Made by a program: the position numbers and the translations under genes
Notes under the pieces: model-generated
What the model saw: only the letters and a program-made list of their open reading frames with translations
What the model was told of the DNA's origin: nothing
The model's database searches: none
NCBI GenBank assembly: GCA_965218425.1
Contig: OZ244621.1
Span: 1,248,001 to 1,312,000, forward strand
Length of the DNA stretch: 64,000 nucleotides
Direction of reading: 5' to 3'
From: an uncultured Candidatus Binatia bacterium
GTDB taxonomy: Bacteria; Desulfobacterota; Binatia; UBA9968; CAXXLF01
Shown: one piece after another, positions 1 to 9,736 of the stretch
How the letters are laid out: each line of letters starts with the position of its first letter
Position numbering within the stretch: the first letter of the stretch is position 1

Positions 1-164
1 GTCCCGGTGGCAATGTCGAGTACCCATTCGCTGCCCTTGAGCTCAAGGGCATCAATCAAATGCTCGCCAAGCTTCGCACGAATATCCGACTTCCCTGCCC
101 GCCGGTCGAAATCCAGGGCATGGGCGTGATCATGAAAGAAACCATTCCTTGTCTCTCGCTTCAT
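1..164 (-). CDS. Class I SAM-dependent methyltransferase, N-terminal part (runs off the window edge)
   Basis: Not in the ORF track. Manual translation from ATG at 164 gives MKRETRNGFFHDHAHALDFDRRAGKSDIRAKLGEHLIDALELKGSEWVLDIATG, ending in SAM motif I. ATGA overlap with the upstream EVE gene stop. Confidence 0.75.
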   Translation of the reverse strand, partial: MKRETRNGFFHDHAHALDFDRRAGKSDIRAKLGEHLIDALELKGSEWVLDIATG

Positions 165-571
165 TTATCTGCCAGCCCCGCAATAATTTTCCATTGTTCA
201 TCATTGACCGGCATCACCGAGAGCCGGGATATGCGAATGAGGTCGAACTTGGCGAGTTTGGGTTGCGCTTTCAGCTCTGCGAGGGTCACCGGCCGCGGTA
301 GAGGTTTTGACACCTCGATATCAAACACTAGGAGCTTCGGGTCGTTCTTTGTGGGGTCCGGGTAGGCAGCGGTAGTGGCACGAGCGAAACCTATGACGGA
401 CTTTTCCTTTCCTGAATGGTAGACCAGGAACCAATCGCCTTTCCGAACGGCCGAGATATGTTTCAACGCGAGGTTGTTCTTTACCCCGTCCCAGGTGGTA
501 CGTTTGTCCTTTTGCAGTTGCTGGAACGAATAACTGCTTGGTTCAGTCTTGACTAGCCAACGGTTTGCCAT
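161..571 (-). CDS. EVE domain-containing protein
   Basis: WLVKTEP, WDGVKN, YHSG and RLSVMPV motifs typical of EVE (PUA-like) proteins; GGAGA RBS upstream. Confidence 0.9.
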   Translation of the reverse strand: MANRWLVKTEPSSYSFQQLQKDKRTTWDGVKNNLALKHISAVRKGDWFLVYHSGKEKSVIGFARATTAAYPDPTKNDPKLLVFDIEVSKPLPRPVTLAELKAQPKLAKFDLIRISRLSVMPVNDEQWKIIAGLADK

Positions 572-923
572 GGATATTTCTCCCGCTGTTATTTAGCCTC
601 ATCCGCCCAACCATTGTCAATCGACAATAATCCCAATTTCAAAAAAGCATAGCTCCACGAGTTGACAGTCCAGCTCCTTATAGTGGATTGAGCTTGCTTA
701 TATGGGAGCGCCATCCCTTCGCTCCAGTGGTTTCTCGGCGGGAAGCGGAGTTCACCGTTGCAATGTCTGGCTCGGGGGCCTGTCCTTCAGCGGGAGCCGA
801 TAGGCCTCTGCCTCGAGGCGTCGTCATTTGATCCGGCATGCCAATATGAATTGAACCTCCAGTATCGGACGTCTCCCTTTCTTCGGGCCAGGCCTCCTGC
901 GTCCTCAATCGAAAGGCGACGAG

Positions 924-1100
924 GGAAGCGAGGATGAAGGACGTGGGCATCGAGCGTGCAGCTTCAAATATTCACCGGCTTATTGCCCACGGCCTGAAGA
1001 CTCGCTTCCTGAGGAGAGCTGAGCCGGTCTCAACAGGGTCGCTGGGGAGTCCCGTGCAGCGTGGTTCGACCTTGCCCACTACCCCGAGGAAGATCGAGGG
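924..1100. repeat. Structured non-coding repeat, locus A (hairpin plus motifs shared with 44797-45190)
   Basis: 924-932 pairs with 1001-1009 and 942-949 with 984-991. 981-1019 matches 44797-44835 at 36/39 nt, and 1036-1061 resembles 45033-45059. Confidence 0.7.
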
Positions 1101-1212
1101 GAAGCAAGCCCCACAAGCCCTACAGCAACAGAGATTCGAACACAGTCAAAGACACATCTCATACCACACTTTTGGCGGTAGAAGCTGACAAAATTGATCT
1201 CCCCATGGGAAA

Positions 1213-2841
1213 ATGCTAAAGGGACACACCATGCCGACTTTTGAAAAATTTTGTGAAACTTATTTCCGAAAATACTTCGCCCTGCATCCCACCGACGCAA
1301 TTCACTACGGGATCCCGGGGTACGATCACTTACTCACTGATTACGATGACCCAGCCTACCTCGAAGAAAAGGCTTTTTCGCAGGAATCCCTCATGGAAAT
1401 CCGCCAGGTAACCGTCAAGGGACTGAGCAAAGACGAAACCATTGATTATGCCTTGCTGGAAGGTCAGCTGACCATCGAGAATTACGAATTCAACAAAGAA
1501 GACTACCGCCTGAGGCAGCCCGATCTCTACCTTCCCGTGTCCCATATCTATATTCTTACGGTTCGCCCCACAAAGGATCGGTTTGGAAGCATCGTCAGCC
1601 GGCTCGAACTCGCCCCGAGGATACTCAAGCAAGGAATAGAAAACCTCAGCCGCCCAGAGGCTAGCCCACCACGGCTATGGACGGAGATGGCCATCGAAGC
1701 CGCGGAAGGTGAAATTGCGTTTCTGGACCGGCTTGCCACCATCCCAGCGGTTCGCGAATGTGTGAAGGACACTAATCGATACAATACGGTCGTTAAAAAA
1801 GCCAAAGATGCCATCCAAGACTATAAAGAGTTTCTCGAACGGGATCTCCTTTCTCGGAGCCTTGGCTCCTATGCTGTTGGGGAAGAGCACTATCACATAC
1901 TTCTAAAGAAGCGGCATTTTCTAAACCATGATGCGCAGAGCCTTCTCGCCCTCGGCGAACATCTCTTTGAAACCACGAAGCGGGAACTGGCGCAGGTTGC
2001 TGAGGAAATCCTCCCTGGAAAATCCATTCCGGAGGCGGCCTTTAATATTCAAGGGAGTCACCCGCCGGCCAGTGATGTCCTGTCGGCTTACCGAGCTGCC
2101 ATGGAGAAGTCCCGTGCCTTCGTCCGGGAAAAAGAACTGGTTTCTTTCCCTGCCAGTGAAAAACTCCGGGTGGTTCCCACACCGGAATTCGAGCGCCACG
2201 AGATACCTTTTGCTGCTTATTTTCCACCTTCCCCAAAGGACCCCGAGCAGGTGGGTCATTACTATGTGACGCCGGTTACAGATGATGACCAGCTGAGGGA
2301 ACACAACTGGGTGGGACTGCGAAATACCTCCGTCCACGAGAGTTACCCTGGCCATCACCTCCAATTTACCGTGGCGAACTCCATTGGAGAGAGTTCAACC
2401 CTGCCGCGGCTGATGAACGAGTCCTCGGTCTTTTATGAAGGATGGGCCCTCTACTGCGAGCAACTCATGCAGGAAGAAGGTTTTCTCGAGACGAAGGAGC
2501 ATCGCTTCGTAATGCTCAAAGACCGAATCTGGCGCGCCCTCAGGATTATCATCGATGTAAAGACCCATATGGGAATGCTATCCTACAATGAGGCCACAGA
2601 CCTGATGGTGCGCGAGCTTCACTTTCCCCGCAGCCAGGCACAGGGGGACCTCAATTGGTACAGTCAATCTCCCGCCACCCCCATGGGTTATGCCCTCGGG
2701 TGGTCCATAATCAACCGAATTCGCGAGGAACAGAAACAGAAATTGGGCGCACGCTTTAGCCTTCGTAATTTCCACGACCGCCTATTAAGTGCCGGTAGCA
2801 TCGCGCTACCCCTGGTGGAAAAAAGGCGCTTTTCCGAATGA
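1213..2841 (+). CDS. DUF885 family putative metallopeptidase (start may be 1231)
   Basis: HESYPGHH and EGWALYCE motifs and a C-terminal FSLRNFHDRLL, characteristic of DUF885. Confidence 0.85.
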   Translation: MLKGHTMPTFEKFCETYFRKYFALHPTDAIHYGIPGYDHLLTDYDDPAYLEEKAFSQESLMEIRQVTVKGLSKDETIDYALLEGQLTIENYEFNKEDYRLRQPDLYLPVSHIYILTVRPTKDRFGSIVSRLELAPRILKQGIENLSRPEASPPRLWTEMAIEAAEGEIAFLDRLATIPAVRECVKDTNRYNTVVKKAKDAIQDYKEFLERDLLSRSLGSYAVGEEHYHILLKKRHFLNHDAQSLLALGEHLFETTKRELAQVAEEILPGKSIPEAAFNIQGSHPPASDVLSAYRAAMEKSRAFVREKELVSFPASEKLRVVPTPEFERHEIPFAAYFPPSPKDPEQVGHYYVTPVTDDDQLREHNWVGLRNTSVHESYPGHHLQFTVANSIGESSTLPRLMNESSVFYEGWALYCEQLMQEEGFLETKEHRFVMLKDRIWRALRIIIDVKTHMGMLSYNEATDLMVRELHFPRSQAQGDLNWYSQSPATPMGYALGWSIINRIREEQKQKLGARFSLRNFHDRLLSAGSIALPLVEKRRFSE

Positions 2842-3725
2842 CGCTAAAGAGCAAAACCTCGAAGAAAAAACCTCGTGGCCCCCTCCTCGGAGCCCATATG
2901 TCCATCGCCGGCGGAGTAGAAAATGCCCTGCTGGCGGGAGCAAGGGCCCAGTGCGATGCCATTCAGATGTTTACCAAATCATCGCGCCAGTGGGCGGCAG
3001 AACCCTACAGCACGGAGGCGATTCAAATATTTCAGCGAAGTCAACAAGAAACCGGCATTGTCAAAGTCATTGCCCATGATTCCTATCTTCTCAATCTGGG
3101 GTCACCTGATGAAGGGCTGAGAAAGAAATCCATTCGTGCCTTTATCGATGAGATGGAGCGCTGCGAGAGCTTGGCAATCTCCAACCTGATTGCGCATCCT
3201 GGGGCTCACATGGGGACGGGAGAAAAGGCCGGAATCAAAAGAATCACGCGCTCACTGGACCAGGTCCACAAGACGTGTTCCGGCTATCAGGTCAAAGTGA
3301 CCCTGGAGATTACCGCCGGGCAGGGAACCACTTTGGGATACCGATTCGACCAAATTCACAGTATCATCGATGGCGTCAAACAAAGCGACCGTATGAGGGT
3401 CTGTTTCGACACGGAGCATGCTTTTGCCGCAGGGTACGATATCAGGACGAAGGCAAGCTACGAGAGGACCTTCACTGAGTTTGATGAAAGTATTGGGCTC
3501 GATCTCTTGGCCGCTTTTCATCTGAACGACTCGAAGAAAGAGTTTCACTCGCGAGTGGACCGACACGAACATATTGGCAAGGGGCATATCGGAGTGGAGG
3601 CCTTCCGGCTGTTGATGAACGACCAACGCTTTTGGGGTCTCCCCATGTGCTTGGAAACCCCCAAGGGGCTCGATCTCAAGGAGGACAAGGAAAACCTAGG
3701 GTTGCTGAGGAGCCTGATTCAGTAA
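2838..3725 (+). CDS. nfo: Endonuclease IV
   Basis: GAHMSIAGG, HDSYLLNL, HPGAH, LEITAGQG, FDTEH, HLNDSK, DRHEHIG and LETP metal-ligand motifs. Confidence 0.95.
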   Translation: MTLKSKTSKKKPRGPLLGAHMSIAGGVENALLAGARAQCDAIQMFTKSSRQWAAEPYSTEAIQIFQRSQQETGIVKVIAHDSYLLNLGSPDEGLRKKSIRAFIDEMERCESLAISNLIAHPGAHMGTGEKAGIKRITRSLDQVHKTCSGYQVKVTLEITAGQGTTLGYRFDQIHSIIDGVKQSDRMRVCFDTEHAFAAGYDIRTKASYERTFTEFDESIGLDLLAAFHLNDSKKEFHSRVDRHEHIGKGHIGVEAFRLLMNDQRFWGLPMCLETPKGLDLKEDKENLGLLRSLIQ

Positions 3726-3729
3726 GGAG

Positions 3730-4413
3730 CTATGGCAGATTTTGCCAGAGGGTGAAGGTCTCTTTTCCCTTGTCAGAGGCGGCGGAGGTAAACCAGGACT
3801 CTTGCGCCTTGGCCCCTTTGGGAAGGCCAAAAAAGTAGATCCTGAGCATTTGCTCAATTAGCTCTGGAAGAGGCGCGTCCCTTTTTGGGTTGTACCAGGT
3901 ATAGATCCAGTTCATCATTCCAAAGAGGGAAAAGGCGGCCACCCTCGGGTCCAACCCCTTGCCACCTTCCCGTTTTTGCAGTTCCTCAATCAGGTCCGTG
4001 AGGATCTTGACGTAACGCCGCTTCAGTAGCCGGACCTTGTCTTGGAATTCACCTGTTAGGGATTCATCCTCGTGCGACATCACCTTCATCTCGCACATGT
4101 TGTGGAGGAAAAAGCCAAGATGGTTCTCCACAAATTTGCGCACCTTCACCCTTGCGTCCTCCCGCGAATTGACCGTCTTGTCCCATCTCTGAAGGAGGGT
4201 CAAAAAGCACTGCTCCTGAATCAGAAAAAGGAGCTCCTCTTTGGTGCGAAAATAATAGTAGAGACCCGCAAGGCTCATCTTCGTTGCACGGGCAATATCG
4301 CGGATGGACGTCCGGTGAAATCCCTTCTCCGCAAAAATGGTCGCAGAGGCCTTAAGGATTTGCTGGAGACGTCCGTCGTAGTGGCGAGTTGAGGGCTCTA
4401 AACGAGTGGCCAT
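3730..4413 (-). CDS. TetR/AcrR family regulator (KstR2/PaaR-like C-terminus)
   Basis: FAEKGFHRTSIRDIA...LYYYFRTKEELL HTH and GMMNWIYTWY. The ATG at 4413 is preferred over the ORF-track start. Confidence 0.9.
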   Translation of the reverse strand: MATRLEPSTRHYDGRLQQILKASATIFAEKGFHRTSIRDIARATKMSLAGLYYYFRTKEELLFLIQEQCFLTLLQRWDKTVNSREDARVKVRKFVENHLGFFLHNMCEMKVMSHEDESLTGEFQDKVRLLKRRYVKILTDLIEELQKREGGKGLDPRVAAFSLFGMMNWIYTWYNPKRDAPLPELIEQMLRIYFFGLPKGAKAQESWFTSAASDKGKETFTLWQNLP

Positions 4414-4654
4414 GAAGCGACTTTCATGTTTACAGATCAACCCTAAGGTGTCAACCCGTTGGCGTAAGGACCTCCAGTGTTGAGTGCCAAGTGTGATGTC
4501 TCAAGAGAAAAGGCATCTTTAACAGTGAATGCTGAATCCTTCTCTAGTTTCAACACTAAACACCGTCCCCTCGTCACACTATTCGCGCTGAATCCCGCTC
4601 ACGCTTTGCGCTATGCTCTTTGCGCTTTGCCTCCACAAGGAGCAGGGCTCAAAC

Positions 4655-5581
4655 TTAAAACTGCGGGAGCACCTCCCTAGCGAAACGTTCCATTTGTTCC
4701 AGCCTATCGGGCCAGCGGGGTGTCATAAACTGAAGTGACAGATGCTCCACCTCAACTCTTTCATAACCTCTCAGCGCATCAATGAGCTGCTCGGGATGAC
4801 CCATCAAACGACCCTCTTTTTGAGGAACCGATGTCCGGGTAACTTCCACGGGTAGACAGCACGTGAGGCGGATGGAATCGGCATCTCTCCCCCCTGCCCG
4901 GGCCAGACGGCGAACGTTGTCGAATCGAGCGGCCAACTCCCTGGGTGTAATGGTTACGAAATAAGGAAACCAGGCATCCCCATAGGAGGCAGCCCGCCGC
5001 TGGGCATGCGCCCCTTCTCCCCCAACCCAAATGGGTAGACTAGGTTGCTGATAAGGTTTTGGATAAGAGGCCACTTCGTTAAATGCATAGTAACGTCCTT
5101 TGAAGCGGGGTCGATCCGTATCCCAAAGCGTTTTGAGGATATCAAGCTGCTCGTCGGAGACAGCTCCCCGTTCTTTGAATGGCACACCCAATGCCGCAAA
5201 CTCTTCCATCATCCAACCAACGCCTACCCCGAGGATAAATCGCCCCTTCGAGAGGTGATCGATGGTTGCCACCACCTTGCTCCAGTAGAGGGGATGCCGA
5301 TAGGGGAGAACGAGAACGCTGATGCCGAGGGAAATCTTCTCTGTACAGCCGGCAAGAAATGCCAGGCAGGTGAGAGGCTCCAGAAACGGCCTATCGGCGG
5401 GAACGATAAATTTATTGTCCGCGCTGTAGGGATAAGTGGTTTTTATTTCCCATGGAATGATAATGCGATCTGCCGCCCAAACGGCATCGTACCCCCATGC
5501 CTCCGCCTTGGAGGCGGCCTCCATCAAGGTGCTGGGACCGGCCGCCCGACCTGAAATCGGTAAAAATACTCCAAACTTCGT
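4655..5581 (-). CDS. LLM-class (luciferase-like, probably F420-dependent) oxidoreductase; apparent start codon is ACG
   Basis: VVATIDHLSKGRFILGVGVGWMMEEF and PIWVGG motifs. The frame extends to ACG-AAG-TTT-GGA-GTA-TTT-TTA-CCG (xKFGVFLP), 8 nt after AGGAGG. Confidence 0.85.
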   Translation of the reverse strand, partial: TKFGVFLPISGRAAGPSTLMEAASKAEAWGYDAVWAADRIIIPWEIKTTYPYSADNKFIVPADRPFLEPLTCLAFLAGCTEKISLGISVLVLPYRHPLYWSKVVATIDHLSKGRFILGVGVGWMMEEFAALGVPFKERGAVSDEQLDILKTLWDTDRPRFKGRYYAFNEVASYPKPYQQPSLPIWVGGEGAHAQRRAASYGDAWFPYFVTITPRELAARFDNVRRLARAGGRDADSIRLTCCLPVEVTRTSVPQKEGRLMGHPEQLIDALRGYERVEVEHLSLQFMTPRWPDRLEQMERFAREVLPQF

Positions 5582-5990
5582 AGCTTTACCCTCCTAGAAA
5601 AGCTTCACTAATCCCTCTCATCTACCTGACTGGCCTGCTGTGTCAAGCTCGTACGGAATCGAGCAAGGAGTAACGATTGCTGAGGATTGAGCGAGGAGCG
5701 TAAAGAGACAACGGACTGCGGACTCCCGGTCGTTAATCTCTGGATTCGGGTCAAAGGTGAGCAGTCGGTAGTCAGTGGTCTCCAATCCGCAAGGACGCTA
5801 AGCACTCGACACTGAACACTCACTTAAGCGTCGAAAGACTCCTGACAAGCAGGCCTCAAGCCTTCAGCCTAGTTGGAAGGAGATGTTTACAGCCCTGCGA
5901 GTTTAAGCTGCCAGCTCTAGATTAGAACCACAATCCTTGCTAAAAGCATAGGACAACAATTTCCGTAAGCTGCTAAAGGAGGACTGAGCG

Positions 5991-6581
5991 ATGGCCATTC
6001 GATTATACCAATTCCCAACATCTATGTTTTGTGAAAAGGCAAGGATTGTTCTGAAACACAAAAACATCCCCTATGAGATCGTCAATGCAAGGGATGACGA
6101 GCGCAAGGGTCTCATAGCATTTTCAGGTCAGAAGAAAGTTCCCGTGATGGACTACAATGGTCAATGCGTCATTGATTCCACTGTAATTTGCTCCTTCCTG
6201 GAGGAAAAACACCCCGAGCAAAGCATTTATCCGGATAACCCTGCAGACAAAGGTCTCTGCCTCATGTTGGAAGACTGGTCGGACGAGGTATTGTTCCATG
6301 GCGTGCATATGATGCGATCAAAAGAGCTCCCGGAAGTGCAAAAGGAAGGCGAGCGGAGACTGCATGTATACCTCAAAAGCCTGGAACTTCTTTTCGGTGG
6401 AAAGAAGGAATTTATTTTCGGCCGAATGACTCTTGCGGACATTTCGATTTTCACCCAACTTCACTACCTCTATACGTCTGTGAAGTCGGAGGTGCCGTCC
6501 AATTACAAAAATGTCCATGCCTGGATGGATCTGATGCGGCGGACTTTCAACCTATCCACCATTGACGACATTGCGGCATGA
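5991..6581 (+). CDS. Glutathione S-transferase family protein
   Basis: LYQFPTSMFCEKAR, KVPV, IDSTVI and TLADISIF motifs; AGGAGG RBS. Confidence 0.88.
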   Translation: MAIRLYQFPTSMFCEKARIVLKHKNIPYEIVNARDDERKGLIAFSGQKKVPVMDYNGQCVIDSTVICSFLEEKHPEQSIYPDNPADKGLCLMLEDWSDEVLFHGVHMMRSKELPEVQKEGERRLHVYLKSLELLFGGKKEFIFGRMTLADISIFTQLHYLYTSVKSEVPSNYKNVHAWMDLMRRTFNLSTIDDIAA

Positions 6582-6633
6582 AGCAGCGCCTTCGCTTGAT
6601 GTGCCACGTGGGCCAAACAAAGCCCTACGTTCC

Positions 6634-7836
6634 ATGACCGGGAACAAACCGGAGACCATCTGGACCCGGACGTTCGTTTTTTTGTGCCTGGCGGAGTTCC
6701 TAGGTTACGCCCATAACGCGCTCCTCACCCCCACCATCCCTCTGTATGTGACCCACCTGGGCGGATCCCCATTTGTTGTGGGCGTTATGCTCGCTGCCTT
6801 TAGTGTAACGAGCGTCTTCCTTCGACCCTTCATTGGATACTGGGCGGACCACTGGAGTTACATCGGCGTTCTGGCCCTGGGCACATTCGTTATGGGCCTT
6901 AGCGTGCTCCTCTACCTCATCCCTCTCGTGGAGATGCTCATTGTCGCCAATGCGCTGCGCGGAATCGGTTGGGCTGGACTCAATACAGGGGGCTATTCCC
7001 TGCTCGCAAACAACGCGCCCAGTACCCGTCGCGGGGAAGCATCGGGATTTTACGGCGGCTTCCAAAGCTTGCCTCATGTCATATTCCCCGCCGTGGCCCT
7101 ATGGATCATCAACCTACCCTCGGGCGGATTCAATCCCGTCATTTTCAGCTCAGCCGCTTTGGCATTTTTCGGCGCCGGATTCACACTGCTTCTCAAACAC
7201 CCTGCGGTGCAGGCCAGCGCCAACACCCATCCTACCCTAGGAGTGAGACAAGGACCACTAAGGCTTTCCACCTTCGTGGATCGAAATGTCTTGCTCGCCT
7301 CGTCCTTGCTCCTTTGTCTACACCTTCCATTTCCTACGACCACCGGCTTTCTCGTGCTTTATACACATGAGATCGGGATCGCGGGAGTGGGCTGGTATTT
7401 CATTGCCACAGGCTCCACCCAAGTCCTGAGTCGACCTGTTCTGGGCCTGGTTTCGGATCGTTTCGGCCGTGCCCGGGCCGTGGCAGCGGCCTTCGCGTTG
7501 GAAATGATCGGTCTGACGCTCATCCTAGTTGCGCCTAGCCTAGCCATTATCATTTCGGGTGGTGTGTTCTATGCGGCGGGGACGGCCATGGGAACGGCCT
7601 CCACCATGGCAATGGCCATGGACCGAGCACAGCCCGAGCGACGTGGTGTGACTATGGCAACCTTTTCCACGGCTCTACCGGCGAGTTTCGGATTGGGGGC
7701 TCTCGTGGCCGGCACCATTGTAGCGATATCCAATTACGCCTGGATGTTTGTGGCTGCCATTGCCATGGTGGCCACTGGATTTCTGATTGCCCTGATCAAT
7801 TGGTCCACTCTGGACAAGGCCACCCCGGCTCGCTGA
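6634..7836 (+). CDS. MFS transporter
   Basis: About 12 hydrophobic segments, GYWADHW/GLVSDRFGR motif A and the PERRG motif. The ATG at 6634 is preferred. Confidence 0.9.
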   Translation: MTGNKPETIWTRTFVFLCLAEFLGYAHNALLTPTIPLYVTHLGGSPFVVGVMLAAFSVTSVFLRPFIGYWADHWSYIGVLALGTFVMGLSVLLYLIPLVEMLIVANALRGIGWAGLNTGGYSLLANNAPSTRRGEASGFYGGFQSLPHVIFPAVALWIINLPSGGFNPVIFSSAALAFFGAGFTLLLKHPAVQASANTHPTLGVRQGPLRLSTFVDRNVLLASSLLLCLHLPFPTTTGFLVLYTHEIGIAGVGWYFIATGSTQVLSRPVLGLVSDRFGRARAVAAAFALEMIGLTLILVAPSLAIIISGGVFYAAGTAMGTASTMAMAMDRAQPERRGVTMATFSTALPASFGLGALVAGTIVAISNYAWMFVAAIAMVATGFLIALINWSTLDKATPAR

Positions 7837-8118
7837 CGCCGCGCCAAGTACGCTGAGTCCGAAAAGTGTTGAGTAGCGGGTGCCGAGGGCTGAACCTAAA
7901 CTGCCAAGCGCAAAAGGCATGGCGCAAAAGCTTAATAAGATTACGGATTACTCACGACGGGACTATTTAGATAAAAAGCAGTTGGCACATGGCGGCGGGC
8001 AGGAACGAGTGCGGAACTGATAGTATAAAAGTAACTGCTCGGCGCTGAACGCTTTGTTGCTAGCCGCTTTCGTCTTTTATTCGTGCTCAGAGCGTCCGGG
8101 GAGCGCCAAAAATCAACC

Positions 8119-8147
8119 TTGAAACGGCTGGTTCCATGGTGTATAGC
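8119..8147 (+). promoter_or_regulatory. Possible sigma70 promoter of the paa block (TTGAAA-17-TATAGC), giving a near-leaderless paaF
   Basis: Spacing is canonical, it lies 11 nt before the ATG at 8159, and there is no SD sequence. The -10 lacks the final T. Confidence 0.35.
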
Positions 8148-8158
8148 TTTGATTTACA

Positions 8159-8932
8159 ATGGGTTTTCAGAACATACTCATTTCGAGAGAAGAACCTGTT
8201 GGGATCGCAACACTGAACCGACCTCAGCAACTCAACGCGCTGTCCTACGACCTCATTAGAGAACTCTCCCTTGCCATGGAGGCCTTTGATCTCGAGCCGG
8301 AGATCAAAGTGATCGTCCTGACCGGTGGTGAAAAGGTCTTTGCGGCCGGAGCGGATATAAAAGAAATGGTGGATGCCACCCCATTTGATGAGCAAGTCCG
8401 GGGTCGAATGTCCTACCGGGACAAGATCAACCGGATCTCTAAACCCGTGATTGCAGCCGTTAGCGGATACGCCTTGGGTGGTGGATGTGAATTGGCCATG
8501 AGCTGTGACCTTATTATCGCATCTGAAACCGCTCGCTTTGGCCAACCAGAGATCAATATTGGAACGATTCCGGGAAGTGGCGGCACGCAGCGTCTGACTA
8601 GGACGGTGGGAAAATATCGCGCCATGGAATTGGTCCTCACCGGAGAGTTTCTGAGCGCCACCGACGCTGAACGGTTCGGCCTAGTGAATAGAGTTGTGCC
8701 CGTGGAACTATTGTTGGAAGAGGCCAAATCCATAGCGAAGAAGATCGCTGCTAAGTCCACCGTGAGCATCAGGCTGGCTAAAGAGGCCATTCTCAAATCC
8801 TTCAACGCTCCCCTGGATGAGGGATTAGAATTCGAAAGAAAGTGCTTTTATTTGCTCTTTGCCTCCCAGGACAGGAAAGAAGGAATGAGGGCCTTCATCG
8901 AAAAACGCAAGCCTGAGTTCAAGGGCAAGTAA
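8159..8932 (+). CDS. paaF: Enoyl-CoA hydratase (2,3-dehydroadipyl-CoA hydratase-like)
   Basis: FAAGADIKEM, ALGGGCELAM and FGQPEINIG crotonase motifs with both catalytic Glu residues. Confidence 0.8.
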   Translation: MGFQNILISREEPVGIATLNRPQQLNALSYDLIRELSLAMEAFDLEPEIKVIVLTGGEKVFAAGADIKEMVDATPFDEQVRGRMSYRDKINRISKPVIAAVSGYALGGGCELAMSCDLIIASETARFGQPEINIGTIPGSGGTQRLTRTVGKYRAMELVLTGEFLSATDAERFGLVNRVVPVELLLEEAKSIAKKIAAKSTVSIRLAKEAILKSFNAPLDEGLEFERKCFYLLFASQDRKEGMRAFIEKRKPEFKGK

Positions 8933-8943
8933 GGAGAACAACC

Positions 8944-9723
8944 TTGAGTTACGAAACCATTCTTTACGAAAAAGGGAACGGGGTCGCCACCATCACTCTA
9001 AACCGTCCCCAGGCGCTGAACGCCTTCACGCCCCAAATGAACAGCGATCTGTTCGACGCCCTGAGGGATGCCGAACGAGACGAGAAGACAAGATGCGTAA
9101 TGATCACGGGAGCCGGACGGGCCTTTTGTGCGGGTCAGGACCTCAAGGGTCGCTCGCGCGAACAGCGAGGATCCCTCGGACAGTCCCTGCGTGAAAGGTA
9201 CAATCCCATTATTTTACGAATCCGAGGCATGGAAAAGATTGTTGTGGCTTCGGTGAACGGGGTGGCAGCTGGCGCAGGATGTAACCTGGCCCTCGCCTGC
9301 GATCTACGTATCGCTTCGGATGAGGCCCGATTTATCCAGGCCTTTGTCCGTGTGGGGCTCGCTCCCGACTGTGGCGGTAGTTATTTCCTGCCGCGCCTCA
9401 TCGGGTTGAGCAAGGCCATGGAATTGTTGCTGCTCGGAGAACCCGTGGAGGCGAATGAAGCCCTCAGAATTGGCCTCGTAAGCAAGGTGGTTCCGGCCAA
9501 GTCACTCGTACAATCGGCTCGCGAAATGGCAGAAAAAATCGCTCGGGGACCGCGCAGTACGGGTCTCATCAAGCGGGCGGTGAACCGTAATCTGAAAGTG
9601 GAATTGGAAAACCAATTGGAATACGAAGCGCAACTCCAAGAGATTGCCGGCAGGACCACCGATTTCGACGAAGGGGTTCGGGCATTTCTCGAAAAAAGAA
9701 CTCCCGTCTTTGTGGGAAAATAA
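8944..9723 (+). CDS. paaG: Crotonase-family isomerase (PaaG-like)
   Basis: FCAGQDL, YNPII, AAGAGCNLALACD and GLAPDCGG (Asp, not Glu); TTG start with AAGGAG RBS; adjacent to paaF. Confidence 0.75.
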   Translation: MSYETILYEKGNGVATITLNRPQALNAFTPQMNSDLFDALRDAERDEKTRCVMITGAGRAFCAGQDLKGRSREQRGSLGQSLRERYNPIILRIRGMEKIVVASVNGVAAGAGCNLALACDLRIASDEARFIQAFVRVGLAPDCGGSYFLPRLIGLSKAMELLLLGEPVEANEALRIGLVSKVVPAKSLVQSAREMAEKIARGPRSTGLIKRAVNRNLKVELENQLEYEAQLQEIAGRTTDFDEGVRAFLEKRTPVFVGK

Positions 9724-9736
9724 GAATCGCACGTTA

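Noticed and set aside
1040..1090. tRNA/tmRNA-like GGTTCGAC motif
   Set aside because: There is no cloverleaf or CCA end; it fits the degenerate TTCGAC...TCGA palindromic repeat better.
690..1190. RNase P RNA, suggested by CCGGCTTAT
   Set aside because: No GAGGAAAGTCC 5' conserved element was seen on either strand.
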